A stretch of 64,000 bases of DNA, from the NCBI GenBank assembly GCA_021819825.1, contig JAKAEZ010000004.1:34756-98755 (forward strand), in the 5' to 3' direction. Within the stretch, counting starts at the first letter, position 1, and every line of letters begins with the position of its first letter. The DNA is from Planctomycetota bacterium (GTDB lineage: Bacteria; Planctomycetota; Phycisphaerae; WQYP01). The notes beneath the pieces were generated by a model. That model saw only the letters and a list, made by a program, of their open reading frames with translations, was not told where the DNA came from and did not search any database. The translations under genes were made by a program, and so were the position numbers. Below are positions 54,422 through 64,000 of the stretch, one piece after another.

Positions 54422-55512
54422 TGGCAAATGCACAACTGCGTCTGACACCCCTACCAGGAATTAAAATTATGCGGCAAAGCTATAACATTTCAGGTGTCGA
54501 GCATGAGCCATCGCATTTCGCACGCCGTTTTTTGGTAGGCGGTATGCTTCTATTAATTATGGCTCTTGCCGGATGCAGCGACCGCACCGTGCAGATCAGT
54601 CTGGTGCCGACACATGGCGGCATTCATCCCCGCATGGTGCACAAAAGCGCGCACTGGTTTGTCAGCAACCGAATCGCAATTGTCAATATCAGCGGCATGC
54701 TCATGGATGGCACGGCGGGCGGACTATTTGGCGGCGGACATAATCCGGTCAGCGACCTGAAACAAACGCTTGCCAACATCCAGCGCGATCCCCGTGTGAA
54801 AGCGGTGGTGCTTCGGATGAACACGCCTGGTGGAACGGTGACTTCCAGCGCCATGATGTACCATGAAATACTGGCGTTTAAGCGCAAAACCCACCTGCCG
54901 GTGATTGCCTCAATGATGGATGTGTGTGCCAGTGGCGGATACTACGTATCGTGTGCCGCTGATTATCAAATGGCCTATCCGACAACCATCACCGGGTCCA
55001 TCGGAGTCATCGTGCAGTTGTTCAATTTCCACCGTGCCTTGCGTTACCTTGGCGTGCAGGCCCCGGTTTTTGTCAGCGGGCCCAATAAAGATACCGCGTC
55101 GCCATTTCATGCCATGACACCGGAAAACAAAAAAATTATCCAAGGCTTTGTCACGCAGTTCTACGCGAGATTTCTTAACATTGTAAAAAAATCGCACCCG
55201 GACGTGAATCCCAAATACTGGCCCAAGCTTACCGACGGCCGCCCCGTTACCGGTGAAGACGCTTTTCATGATCACCTTATCAATGGGCTTGGCGGCTTGG
55301 AATCCGCGATCAAGCTGGCAAAAAAGATGGCTCATATTCGCCACGCCAATGTCGTGCTTTACCGGCGCTACAGCCAATCCAGCGGCTCCATTTATGCCCG
55401 CAGCGAAATGCCATCACCGCATAGCCAGCAGGTCAATTTAATGAATCTTAATTTGGGCGCCGCGGATGTCAGTTCTCTTCTGCATCCCAATTTCTTTTAT
55501 ATGTGGCAATAA
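54421..55512 (+). CDS. sppA: Signal peptide peptidase SppA (S49 family, 36K type)
   Basis: ASGGYYVSCAADYQMAYPTTITGSIGV is the S49 motif. The ATG overlaps the upstream stop (TGATG). Confidence 0.85.
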   Translation: MANAQLRLTPLPGIKIMRQSYNISGVEHEPSHFARRFLVGGMLLLIMALAGCSDRTVQISLVPTHGGIHPRMVHKSAHWFVSNRIAIVNISGMLMDGTAGGLFGGGHNPVSDLKQTLANIQRDPRVKAVVLRMNTPGGTVTSSAMMYHEILAFKRKTHLPVIASMMDVCASGGYYVSCAADYQMAYPTTITGSIGVIVQLFNFHRALRYLGVQAPVFVSGPNKDTASPFHAMTPENKKIIQGFVTQFYARFLNIVKKSHPDVNPKYWPKLTDGRPVTGEDAFHDHLINGLGGLESAIKLAKKMAHIRHANVVLYRRYSQSSGSIYARSEMPSPHSQQVNLMNLNLGAADVSSLLHPNFFYMWQ

Positions 55513-55545
55513 TATTGCGGCAGCGGCCGCCGCGGACATGAACAA

Positions 55546-56820
55546 TCATTCTGCGGCGTCACCGCTATCCGGCCCATCAAGATTCAGTAGGGCGGATGTT
55601 TCCTGCGAAGGCAATTCCTGCACACTGCGAAGCTTTGCGCTAATAGTGCGGGATTTTCGCGCGGTATCATCCAGGGTGTTGGAGGCCTGATCAAGTTTCT
55701 TTTTTACACCGTCGAGCAAATCGCCAAACTTTCCGAATTCGGTTTTTACCGCTCCCAGAACTTTCCACACTTCGCTGGAGCGCTGCTGAATAGCCAGTGT
55801 GCGAAATCCCATTTGCAGGCTGTTAAGCAAAGCGGCCAGTGTGGTCGGACCGGCAATGACAACGCGGTAATCACGCTGAATCTGCTCCACCAGGGCAACG
55901 CGACTGACGACCTGCGCATATAACCCCTCGCTGGGCAAAAACATAATTCCAAAATCCGTCGTGCGCGGCGGATTAAGGTATTTGGTGGATATATCCTGGG
56001 CAAAAAGTTTGATGCGGGCCTCCAGGGACCGCCCAGCCGCTTCCATGGCCGCAATATCCGCCCGATCCTGCGCTAAGCCTATTGCTTCGTAGTCTTCCTT
56101 GGGAAATTTGGAGTCGATGGGCAGCCAGACCGATTCTTGTCCATCTTCCGTGCGGCCCGGCAACTTAATGGCAAACTCCACGACTTCGCCGCCGGACTCC
56201 CTGGGCTTAAAATTCTTTTCAAACTGACCGGGGCTTAAAATCTGGGATAACAGATTTTCAACCAGTACTTCACCCCATGTTCCACGCGTTTTTACATTGG
56301 TCATCACGCGTTTGAGGTCGCCGACGTTCACGGCCAGATTCTGCATTTCTCCCAGGCCCTTGTGGACCTGCTCCAACCGGTCGGAAACCTGCTTGAACGA
56401 TTCGCCCAGCCGCTTTTCCAGAGTACTTTGCAGTTTTTCATCCACCGTGGCCCGCATCTGTTCAAGCTTCAGGGCGTTATCGGTTTGCATGGCGGTTAAG
56501 CGCTGCTCCACGGCCTGACGCAGTGCATCCAGACGTTGTTCCGTGGAGAGCGTCATGGCGGCGATCTGCTTATTTAGACTGTCTCCAACATTTTTCAGGC
56601 TCCCCGCCAATTCTTCCCGGGCCTTCTGCGACGCCGTGGTATTTTCCTCGCGGTTGCGGGCCAAGTCGTCACGAATGGAACGTTCCATTTTTTCCTGGGA
56701 TTTTTCGAGATTCTCCACGTGAACTTTAAGGGCCACACCACTTTGCCGCAGCAGCAACATGGCTTGCATAGCGGCTACCGCCAGCAGCACAACGAGAATT
56801 AAAACAGAGAGTATCAGCAT
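55546..56820 (-). CDS. rmuC: DNA recombination protein RmuC
   Basis: N-terminal TM segment, a coiled coil, and the RmuC nuclease-like region TRGTWGEVLVENLLSQ..FAIKLPG..LPIDSKFP. The ATG at 56820 is preceded by GGAG; the track start is 56883. Confidence 0.88.
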   Translation of the reverse strand: MLILSVLILVVLLAVAAMQAMLLLRQSGVALKVHVENLEKSQEKMERSIRDDLARNREENTTASQKAREELAGSLKNVGDSLNKQIAAMTLSTEQRLDALRQAVEQRLTAMQTDNALKLEQMRATVDEKLQSTLEKRLGESFKQVSDRLEQVHKGLGEMQNLAVNVGDLKRVMTNVKTRGTWGEVLVENLLSQILSPGQFEKNFKPRESGGEVVEFAIKLPGRTEDGQESVWLPIDSKFPKEDYEAIGLAQDRADIAAMEAAGRSLEARIKLFAQDISTKYLNPPRTTDFGIMFLPSEGLYAQVVSRVALVEQIQRDYRVVIAGPTTLAALLNSLQMGFRTLAIQQRSSEVWKVLGAVKTEFGKFGDLLDGVKKKLDQASNTLDDTARKSRTISAKLRSVQELPSQETSALLNLDGPDSGDAAE

Positions 56821-56843
56821 CACATCTCCAGTGATTTGAGGTT

Positions 56844-57329
56844 TCAAACTCCGATTCGCGTAAGCCGGTTCGCCAGCACCCACGCAATGGCGATGGCATC
56901 CGCCGTGTCCGCCGGCGTTGGCGGTTTGGGTAAATGACAGAGCATCATGACAGATTTCTGAATTTGCGCCTTGCCGGCATGGCCATTGCCGGTAATCATT
57001 TTTTTTACCAGCGTGCTGGGCAAATGGGTAATAGGCACCTGAGCCTGCGCGGCGGCCAGTAAAATTACGCCGCGGGCGTGGCCCATGAGAATCGCTGTGC
57101 GCGGGTGCTTATAGTGGGCGTAAAGTTGCTCAACCCCCATTTGATCAATCGCAAATTCCTTCAACAGTTCCGCCACCTGCTGATGCAATTCCACCAATCG
57201 CTTGGATGCATCCATCCGGGGGTTTAACCGAATCACGCCCGCCTCGGTAAGCGTGGGCTTAAATCGCTTAGCTTCTACCACAGCATAGCCGGTAAGGTGC
57301 AACCCCGGATCAATACCCAATATTCGCAT
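56844..57329 (-). CDS. ruvC: Crossover junction endodeoxyribonuclease RuvC
   Basis: MRILGIDPGLHLTGYAVVE... The ATG at 57329 is preceded by GGGAG. Confidence 0.92.
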   Translation of the reverse strand: MRILGIDPGLHLTGYAVVEAKRFKPTLTEAGVIRLNPRMDASKRLVELHQQVAELLKEFAIDQMGVEQLYAHYKHPRTAILMGHARGVILLAAAQAQVPITHLPSTLVKKMITGNGHAGKAQIQKSVMMLCHLPKPPTPADTADAIAIAWVLANRLTRIGV

Positions 57330-57383
57330 GATTGCTCCCGTGCGCCGCAAGGCTTGCCGCAACTCAATGCCCGGGCTGAAAAC

Positions 57384-57869
57384 CTAAGCCAGCCGTTTCA
57401 GCAGCGCCACGCAATGGCACGCAATGGCCTGTTCCATCCCCACCGCGTCCACCGCTTCGTTGGTCTTCCCCTTGATATTAACCAATTCCCGCTCAACACC
57501 CAGCAATTCAGCCAACCGCTGTTGCATGGCCGACTTGTGCGGAGAAATTTTGGGGCTTTGGGCGATAATCACGACATCCACATTGTTGATCATCCAGCGC
57601 GTTTTCTCAAGTTCCACCATCGTGTGTTCCAGCAAGCGTGCCGAATCAATGCCCTGATATTGCGGATCAGAATTCGGAAACAACTGCCCCACATCCGGCA
57701 AACCCGCCGCCCCGGTTATAGCGTCAATCAACGCGTGAATCACCACATCCGCATCCGAATGCCCCAGCAGACCGAACGTGTGGGGAATGGTAATATTTGC
57801 TAGAACCAGCGGCCTGCCCGCTTGCGTCCGATGCAGGTCATAGCCAATTCCAATACGGTATTCCATCAT
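57384..57869 (-). CDS. ispF: 2-C-methyl-D-erythritol 2,4-cyclodiphosphate synthase
   Basis: RIGIGYDLHR and GHSDADVVIHALIDAI motifs. Confidence 0.93.
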   Translation of the reverse strand: MMEYRIGIGYDLHRTQAGRPLVLANITIPHTFGLLGHSDADVVIHALIDAITGAAGLPDVGQLFPNSDPQYQGIDSARLLEHTMVELEKTRWMINNVDVVIIAQSPKISPHKSAMQQRLAELLGVERELVNIKGKTNEAVDAVGMEQAIACHCVALLKRLA

Positions 57870-58087
57870 TGATTATCCAATCACTTTCAGCCGGTAAAAA
57901 CCCCGCGCCAGCCGCGCTATCTAACAGCACGCGCTAAAAATGGTAACCGAAGCGGCCAAACGCTGGCAAATTCGGCAGCAGAGATTCACGGTCGTTGGCC
58001 ATTAAGCGTCCGCTGGACGCGCTATCCCGTTGCAGCGGCAAAATATCCAACGGTATCTGACGCCGCAATTCCGCAGCAAATACTGCC

Positions 58088-58978
58088 TCATGGAGCTATT
58101 GACTCTCTCACGCGCACAAATCGCGACCGACCGCGCGGATCGGTTTCGGTAAAATAGATTGGCAATTTTCCGGTCCCAATCCTGGCGGCGGCAAGGGCGG
58201 CTGCCAGATGGACGGCACCATCGGTGGGAAAATTGTGGATATTCAGTGTTACGGGGGCGGAAGCACTGGCGGCGTTGGTATCCAATATCTCTAATAGAAC
58301 ATCCGAGGGGCTGGACTCTTCGGGCCGCTTTAATACCAAAGCTACTGATCCGTATCCCGCTTCATCGGAAGTAAATCGGGCAAATTCATGGCGATTCAGG
58401 GCTGTGGCCCCACGGCGGCATAAATCTTCAGCAATTTTGGACGACTGGTCCGCCCAACAGGCAATAACATGATCCACACGCCGCGATGCCAGCATGTCCG
58501 CCGCGCGATCCAGTACACTGCAGATCGGCCACTGGCCATGCGTCACGGTTTCGCAGGGACCATGAATACCAAAATAAATCGCGGCATGGGAAGCCACCGT
58601 GGAATATACCGAACGTGTAAAATGCCGGGGTGAAGCGTAACGTCCTTGAGCTTCCAGCATGCTGTCCAAAAAGCTTGCGGTATGGTCCATGGGGCCCCAT
58701 GCGGATAACAGCAGCAAACCCGCGCGATGCAGCATGGCACTGTCACGACCCGCCAGGGCGTCATGCAACGCGCGAAACGCATATTGGTTAATATTGTCCA
58801 AGCCCTGCAAGGCGGTTTCCAGGTCTGGATCGGTCATTTGCGCACGATCAGCATCGGCACAATTTAAGCCGGGAGGAATGCCTGCCTGCGCTTTCACTGC
58901 TGCGATCAGACTTGCGGCATCGGCGAACTGATCCGTGTAAATTCCCCAGTTGCACACCGCCAATTTTGTCCCATTCAT
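58088..58978 (-). CDS. Beta-ketoacyl synthase N-terminal-like protein lacking the active-site Cys (chain-length-factor-like partner)
   Basis: 296 aa. The KS-like segment FTRSVYSTVASHAAIYFGIHGPCETVTHG has no Cys at the KS nucleophile position. The ATG overlaps the KS stop (ATGA at 58975-58978). Confidence 0.6.
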   Translation of the reverse strand: MNGTKLAVCNWGIYTDQFADAASLIAAVKAQAGIPPGLNCADADRAQMTDPDLETALQGLDNINQYAFRALHDALAGRDSAMLHRAGLLLLSAWGPMDHTASFLDSMLEAQGRYASPRHFTRSVYSTVASHAAIYFGIHGPCETVTHGQWPICSVLDRAADMLASRRVDHVIACWADQSSKIAEDLCRRGATALNRHEFARFTSDEAGYGSVALVLKRPEESSPSDVLLEILDTNAASASAPVTLNIHNFPTDGAVHLAAALAAARIGTGKLPIYFTETDPRGRSRFVRVRESIAP

Positions 58979-60228
58979 GCGATTGCCTCCGTAACGGTGG
59001 GCAAATCGCGGCAGAATACCAGGGCGGTATTATTTCCCCCAAACGCCAGATTACAGGATAGCGCTGTGGCAAGAGGTTTTGCTGTCGCTGACAGTACCAG
59101 TGGCAACGGACATTGCGGATCAGGATCCACTGAACCCGCGTTGGGTGGTAATACGCCGTGCCGCAACGCCAGAATACAAATGGCCGCTTCAATTGCGCCG
59201 GCAGCGCCAAACGTATGGCCCGTAAGCCGCTTGGTCGAACTTACGGGCGGAACACCCGATTTGGAATCGAAAACTTTTGCGATGGCGGCGGCTTCAGTAA
59301 CGTCATTGTCATGTGTTCCGGTACCATGGGCGTTAATGTAATCAACGTCACTTGAGGCAAGCCCCGCTTCATGCAGGGCCTCTCGCATGGCTTGCGCGGC
59401 CGCGGACCCATCTGGTTCCGGTTTGGTGATGTGAAACGCGTCGCAGGTAGCGGAAAAGCCCGTAATGTAAGCGATGGGAGATTTACCGCGCCGCCGCGCG
59501 CTATGGATGGATTCCAGCATCAGCATAGCCGAACCTTCCCCCACCGTGATGCCCGGCCGATTCCGGTCAAAAGGTCGGCATCCGTCGGGCGACACCAGCC
59601 GCAGGGAGTTAAATCCGGATATCAACAGTTGGCACAGCGCCTCGGTCCCCCCGGCAACCGCCAATTCACAGCGGCCAGCGCGAATGGCGTCACATGCCGC
59701 CCCGATGGCCATGGCGGAACCGACGCATGTAGTAAGATTCATATATCCCGGCCCGGCAAAGCGATGCCGACGCGATAACAGGGAAAGCACTTCATACGGC
59801 TGCATGCGGCGCATGAGATTAATATCCGCAGCATCCGCGTTAACACGATATTGTTGATAGTACCGCTCGGATAAATCCATTCCGCAAACGGTCGTGGCAA
59901 CAAAACATCCTATGGGCGGGTCGGAGGCCATTTGGCGGCGCGGCAATCCGGCACTTTCCAAGACCTCATCCGTGCTGATACATGCGAGTTGCTGCGTGCG
60001 CGAAAGTCTGGTCCACAAACGCGGCGGCAAATCCACGGGCCGGGCCAAATTGGTGCAAGCGGCAACTTTTATATCCCGCAGTGCCGCGGGCAATGGTTCA
60101 TACCAGGGCTTAAGCACTTCGGCACCAGCCCGAATTCCACGCCAGGAGTCCGCGGCATTATTTCCCTGCGCGGTAATCATACCAATGCCGGTCACTGCGA
60201 TAGGTTTAACATGTGCCACTAATTTCAT
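58975..60228 (-). CDS. Beta-ketoacyl-ACP synthase (FabF/KAS II-like)
   Basis: Active-site Cys in LTTCVGSAMAIGAA, His in INAHGTGT and TGHTFGAAG, and C-terminal LAFGGNNTALVF. Confidence 0.85.
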   Translation of the reverse strand: MKLVAHVKPIAVTGIGMITAQGNNAADSWRGIRAGAEVLKPWYEPLPAALRDIKVAACTNLARPVDLPPRLWTRLSRTQQLACISTDEVLESAGLPRRQMASDPPIGCFVATTVCGMDLSERYYQQYRVNADAADINLMRRMQPYEVLSLLSRRHRFAGPGYMNLTTCVGSAMAIGAACDAIRAGRCELAVAGGTEALCQLLISGFNSLRLVSPDGCRPFDRNRPGITVGEGSAMLMLESIHSARRRGKSPIAYITGFSATCDAFHITKPEPDGSAAAQAMREALHEAGLASSDVDYINAHGTGTHDNDVTEAAAIAKVFDSKSGVPPVSSTKRLTGHTFGAAGAIEAAICILALRHGVLPPNAGSVDPDPQCPLPLVLSATAKPLATALSCNLAFGGNNTALVFCRDLPTVTEAIA

Positions 60229-60249
60229 CGGTTTCCGGAATCTGCTGTT

Positions 60250-61572
60250 TTATAAACCTGTATCAAGGGTTGCCATGCGGGGGGCCGGAGATGCGACCTG
60301 TAATTCTTCCAAAACAGTCGAACCTGTCAGATCGGCGTGGCTTACATTCTTCGGCTTATTAGTCTGCAGCATCGCAATGAGTGGATTCGACATATCCCAG
60401 ACATGCCCGGCAAGAATGTTAATAATCGCGGCCCGCATCCTGGGATTTTTATCCGCGGAAAAAAAGAGATTCCGCACGAGATCGCGCTGATAAAACCGCT
60501 CCACAAAAGCCTGAAATACGCGCAAACCCGCTTCCATATCCGCCTGATATTGCCGCAAAGCAAACTTTTCCCCGCGGCTTAAAAGCGCATCAACGCCCTC
60601 GGCAGCGCGCGCTGCCGAAGTAATCGCCAGGTGCACCCCGCTGGAAAATATGGGATCAAGAAAACCTGCCGCGTCGCCAATCAACACATGATGCGGGCCG
60701 ATTTTTGGGTCACAATGATAACTGTAATCACTAATCGGCCGGTACGCGGCCAACGCCGCGGCCTTGGAAAGTCGATCATAGAGGGCCGGCGATTGTTTCA
60801 TCGCCGCCCAAAACTGCCCGGCCAAATCAATATCCTTTTTAATGGCTTCACGTTTTAATACCACCCCCACACCCGTGCTGCCGTCGCGCAGCGGAATAAA
60901 CCAGATCCATCCGCCATCAATGAGGTGCATGGTTAAATATTGACGCTCGAACGGATCCGTGGACTCCGGTGCGGGAATATTGGTAAAATAATTGTAAATA
61001 GCCAGGCGGCCAAAATCCGGCAGCATTTCCCGGCCGCAATGTTTCCGGGCCAACATGGTCGAGGCTCCGGTGGCATCCATGAGAAAATTGCAGCAATGCG
61101 TTTGACCTGATTCACTGTGGATATGCACCGGCGATTGCTCTTCTTCCACAATTGCAATAGCCATATTTTCATGAATGATGCATCCGCATTGTCGCGCCTT
61201 ATCGCGCAACTGCATATCAAAAGTTTCACGTATGACGTTAAACGTGGGGGGTGGGGCACCCTGATCCGGTAGAGCGAACCCGAATACCTCAAGGCGATTA
61301 GCAACTGGATCGAAAAATCGCGCCCCATATTTCCCCTGATGATGGGCCTGCATGTATTGGCTATCCATGCCGATACTTTGCAAAATGGTCATACTGGCGG
61401 GCAGCAGCGATTCGCCAATATGGTGCCGCGGATGAGAATCACGGTCAAAAATAACAACGGAATATCCCTTGCCGGCCAGTATCGCCCCGGCCACCGCCCC
61501 GGCCGGGCCGCAACCAATGATGGCAATATCGCTGTGGTTTTCCATGTCCCTATTTTCCGCGTATCGCGTCAC
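60250..61572 (-). CDS. FAD-dependent oxidoreductase, flavin-dependent-halogenase-like
   Basis: IIGCGPAGAVAG (GxGxxG), HPRHHIGESLLP and GGWIWFIPL (WxWxIP motif). Alternative start at 61545. The track start abuts the nadD stop. Confidence 0.65.
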   Translation of the reverse strand: MTRYAENRDMENHSDIAIIGCGPAGAVAGAILAGKGYSVVIFDRDSHPRHHIGESLLPASMTILQSIGMDSQYMQAHHQGKYGARFFDPVANRLEVFGFALPDQGAPPPTFNVIRETFDMQLRDKARQCGCIIHENMAIAIVEEEQSPVHIHSESGQTHCCNFLMDATGASTMLARKHCGREMLPDFGRLAIYNYFTNIPAPESTDPFERQYLTMHLIDGGWIWFIPLRDGSTGVGVVLKREAIKKDIDLAGQFWAAMKQSPALYDRLSKAAALAAYRPISDYSYHCDPKIGPHHVLIGDAAGFLDPIFSSGVHLAITSAARAAEGVDALLSRGEKFALRQYQADMEAGLRVFQAFVERFYQRDLVRNLFFSADKNPRMRAAIINILAGHVWDMSNPLIAMLQTNKPKNVSHADLTGSTVLEELQVASPAPRMATLDTGL

Positions 61573-62202
61573 TTAAGCAAGCGACTTATTTTGATACAGG
61601 CGATGGTTACGGATATAAGCCATCACTGCTTCAGGAATCTGGTCCGATACCGGTTGGCCTTGCGCGATGGCCCGGCGAATGGCGGTGGCGGAAATACTGT
61701 ATTGCGGAATTTTGAGCACCCCGCCCATCACTTTTTTCCACATATCATCGCCGAAATTTCCGGGCGGTTTATTTGGCACTTCAAAACCCGGGCGCGGCAA
61801 AATGGCAATGGGCGTGGTGGCCAAGATCGTATCAATTTCTTTCCAGGTGTTTAGCGCCGGTAATTGATCGGCACCCACCAGCAAGATCAGTGTATCACCG
61901 GGCCGGTCGCGTCGCAGGATCGCCAAGGTATCCACGGTGTAGCTCGGCGGCGGGCGCAGAAGTTCCACGGACGATACCTCCATGGCGGGATCGTCCCGCA
62001 CGGCAAGTTGCAACATCGCCAGACGATGTTGTGGCGGCGTTGTCCCCTGCGGCGTGGATAACTTATGCGGAGATGTATTGGCCGGCACAAACACGACACG
62101 CTGGGCTTGCAGCATCTTCATTGCCGCCCGGGCCGTAAGGAGATGGCCGTTATGCACGGGATCAAACGTACCGCCAAAAATTAATAGCTTCGCCATAGTC
62201 AT
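61573..62202 (-). CDS. nadD: Nicotinate-nucleotide adenylyltransferase
   Basis: LIFGGTFDPVHNGHL and ISATAIR motifs. Confidence 0.9.
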   Translation of the reverse strand: MTMAKLLIFGGTFDPVHNGHLLTARAAMKMLQAQRVVFVPANTSPHKLSTPQGTTPPQHRLAMLQLAVRDDPAMEVSSVELLRPPPSYTVDTLAILRRDRPGDTLILLVGADQLPALNTWKEIDTILATTPIAILPRPGFEVPNKPPGNFGDDMWKKVMGGVLKIPQYSISATAIRRAIAQGQPVSDQIPEAVMAYIRNHRLYQNKSLA

Positions 62203-62280
62203 TGCTCATATCGCGTGCAGCTCCTAAACTGTCAGCACAACTTCCGGCCTGCGCCGGAGAGGATTTTGCAGGAGCCGCCG

Positions 62281-62832
62281 ATGCGCATTTATACCCGCCA
62301 GGGGGATCAAGGCCAAACCAGTTTGTTTGATGGCACGCGTGTGAGTAAAGACGATATGCGACTGGCCACGTACGGTACCGTGGATGAGTTAAACTCCTGG
62401 CTGGGAATGGCGTCCGGCATTTGCCGCCATGAACCGCTGCGCGACCTGCTAAATCAATTGCAACATCAATTATTTGATCTTGGGGCGGATTTAGCTACGC
62501 CGATTGATTCGCCCAACAGTTCACGAGTGAATCGTATCAACCCGCAACACGCCGCGAATTTGGAATTGCAGATTGATGCTGCTACCGCGGAACTTCCGGT
62601 GTTGAAGGAATTTATTCTGCCCGGCGGTTCGCCTTTGGCATCTCACCTGCATATAGCACGAACCGTATGCCGGCGAGCGGAGCGCCATCTGGTGGAACTC
62701 ATGCGGCAACAACCCACGGGCGAGGCCCCGCTGGTTTATCTTAATCGATTAAGTGATCTGCTTTTTGTGCTGGCGCGATTAGCCAATAAACTCGATGGGC
62801 ATCCGGAAACACATTGGCACAAACAGCCGTAG
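62281..62832 (+). CDS. ATP:cob(I)alamin adenosyltransferase, PduO type
   Basis: MRIYTRQGDQGQTSLFDGTRVSKDD...TYGTVDELNS. The ATG at 62281 is preceded by GGAG; the track start is 62215. Confidence 0.88.
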   Translation: MRIYTRQGDQGQTSLFDGTRVSKDDMRLATYGTVDELNSWLGMASGICRHEPLRDLLNQLQHQLFDLGADLATPIDSPNSSRVNRINPQHAANLELQIDAATAELPVLKEFILPGGSPLASHLHIARTVCRRAERHLVELMRQQPTGEAPLVYLNRLSDLLFVLARLANKLDGHPETHWHKQP

Positions 62833-63316
62833 CGCCCCCCCTCTTTCTTAATTCGACGAGTGCAAATCGCAACGTAATCGCCGCGGCAAACCGCACCAAT
62901 AAATTCCTCCCAACCGTACCCGCAAGTACGGCTTGGCGGAAGTTGAGCGTTATTAACATTTATGATGGCGTGGGGTCATTAGACCAACACCCCGCCACCG
63001 CTGCTTTTAGCTGCACTTGCCGAATTTTTTCTTACCGTACTTCTTTTTGACTTTTTTCTTCTTCATAATATCGCTCGATTCCATCTAATTTATTCATTAA
63101 CTGCATAAGCAAGACAGTTCTTAATTATGCACGGCAATTTAGCAGTTTTGGCGTAAATCGTCAAACCGGTACCGGCGGATAGCGGATCGCAAATCAGCAA
63201 AAAATGGCACTGATTGGCGAAAAAAACAGGCCGAAGTTACAATTATGGCGTTGGTTTTTGAAACCAGAGCGTGGGCGATCTAAGACTATATGGTTCCTTG
63301 CGCTGGTGGAGGTTTT

Positions 63317-64000
63317 ATGCAATTTCGCCGCCGGGCCGCCGCCGCCGCTGCATGCCCATTGCTATGGGCGACTTTTTACGCCCACGCCGCCGGCGCTCCC
63401 TCAAGCTCAATTATCCGCGAATTGCCCGCCAACAGCGCCTTGTGTGTGATCTGCAACAATGTGGCGCAACTCGATCAACGCATCACCCGGCTGGAACGGC
63501 GCATCACGGACCAACAACCGCAAATCGATGAATTTGCCGCCCTGAAAATGGTTTTGGGGCCTTATTGGAACATCTCGGCCCCAATGGCGTGGGTACTGCC
63601 GTCACCGGCCAAGGGAAAAATCCTTGAATTGCGCCGATCCGTAGTAATCTTGCAAACGACCAACACCGCAAAGTTTATCGCTGGTCTGAAAAATGGTGCC
63701 GTCCGGGGCGGAATAACGCCGGCACGCATTGAAGGTACTCCCGCCTTTATTGCAACGCGCGGACTCTGGACGATTATTTCCGCCTCACGTTCAGAATTAA
63801 AATTGTATCTTCAAACCAAAACCCGCCTGAAGCTGTCCGGTAAGATGACTGCGGCGCTACGTCATGCGGATATTGCCATTGAAGCCGACACACGCGCCAT
63901 ACGAAAAGAATTAGGCGATCCATCCCAGGCTCTGTTATTTTCGGCAATGGCAGGTAATCCATTGTCACTTCGCAATCCCGCTTTGAAATCCATTCTGCGG
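63317..64000 (+). CDS. Secreted hypothetical protein (partial; continues past the right edge)
   Basis: The frame is open from a stop at 63281-63283 to the end of the window. ATG at 63317 (or 63290). MQFRRRAAAAAACPLLWATFYAHAAGAP is signal-peptide-like, and a coiled-coil-like LDQRITRLERRITDQQPQIDEF follows. It is absent from the ORF track because it has no stop in the window. Confidence 0.45.
   Translation, partial: MQFRRRAAAAAACPLLWATFYAHAAGAPSSSIIRELPANSALCVICNNVAQLDQRITRLERRITDQQPQIDEFAALKMVLGPYWNISAPMAWVLPSPAKGKILELRRSVVILQTTNTAKFIAGLKNGAVRGGITPARIEGTPAFIATRGLWTIISASRSELKLYLQTKTRLKLSGKMTAALRHADIAIEADTRAIRKELGDPSQALLFSAMAGNPLSLRNPALKSILR

Overview
Gene-dense bacterial chromosomal window. 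Its gene content (a DUF1080 protein, a XylR-type AraC regulator, PEP-CTERM proteins, a deoxyhypusine-synthase-like gene, large secreted beta-helix proteins) suggests a PVC-group organism (Planctomycetota/Verrucomicrobiota-like); this is inference only. Left to right: (1) 0.7-9.5 kb holds a secreted polysaccharide-degradation cluster: DUF1080, a PL7-like lyase, GH28, two large beta-helix proteins and a XylR-like regulator. (2) 9.8-16.0 kb holds an integrative island next to tRNA-Leu(UAG). It carries a tyrosine integrase, an excisionase-like HTH, a large serine recombinase and a zinc-finger-less RadA paralog. (3) 16.1-21.0 kb holds an imuB-dnaE2 mutagenesis cassette with no imuA. (4) 21.1-23.1 kb holds an AAA15 ATPase + RloB (AbiL-like) defence pair. 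(5) 23.1-37.3 kb is housekeeping: pgpA, pgsA, rimO, pepA, prepilin peptidase, a PEP-CTERM protein, DHS-like, ftsH and a GAF-GGDEF-EAL protein. (6) 37.4-51.8 kb is an accessory region dominated by an Rhs/YD polymorphic-toxin locus. The locus consists only of 5'-truncated modules and short orphan tips, each followed by a small membrane or lipoprotein immunity candidate. A multi-copy composite element built from blocks of tandem heptanucleotide repeats is interspersed among them. (7) 51.8-64 kb holds a PEP-CTERM-like protein, ilvC, a VOC protein, sppA, rmuC, ruvC, ispF, a KS/CLF-like/flavin-halogenase-like trio fused to nadD, a PduO-type adenosyltransferase and a partial secreted protein. The features I consider most unusual are in the Rhs region. 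They are the heptamer-array element with a conserved 19-nt head, the related 72-78-nt in-frame mini-insertions found in both orientations inside Rhs coding sequence, and the lack of any full-length rhs gene. Every functional call rests on motif recognition by eye; no database search was run.
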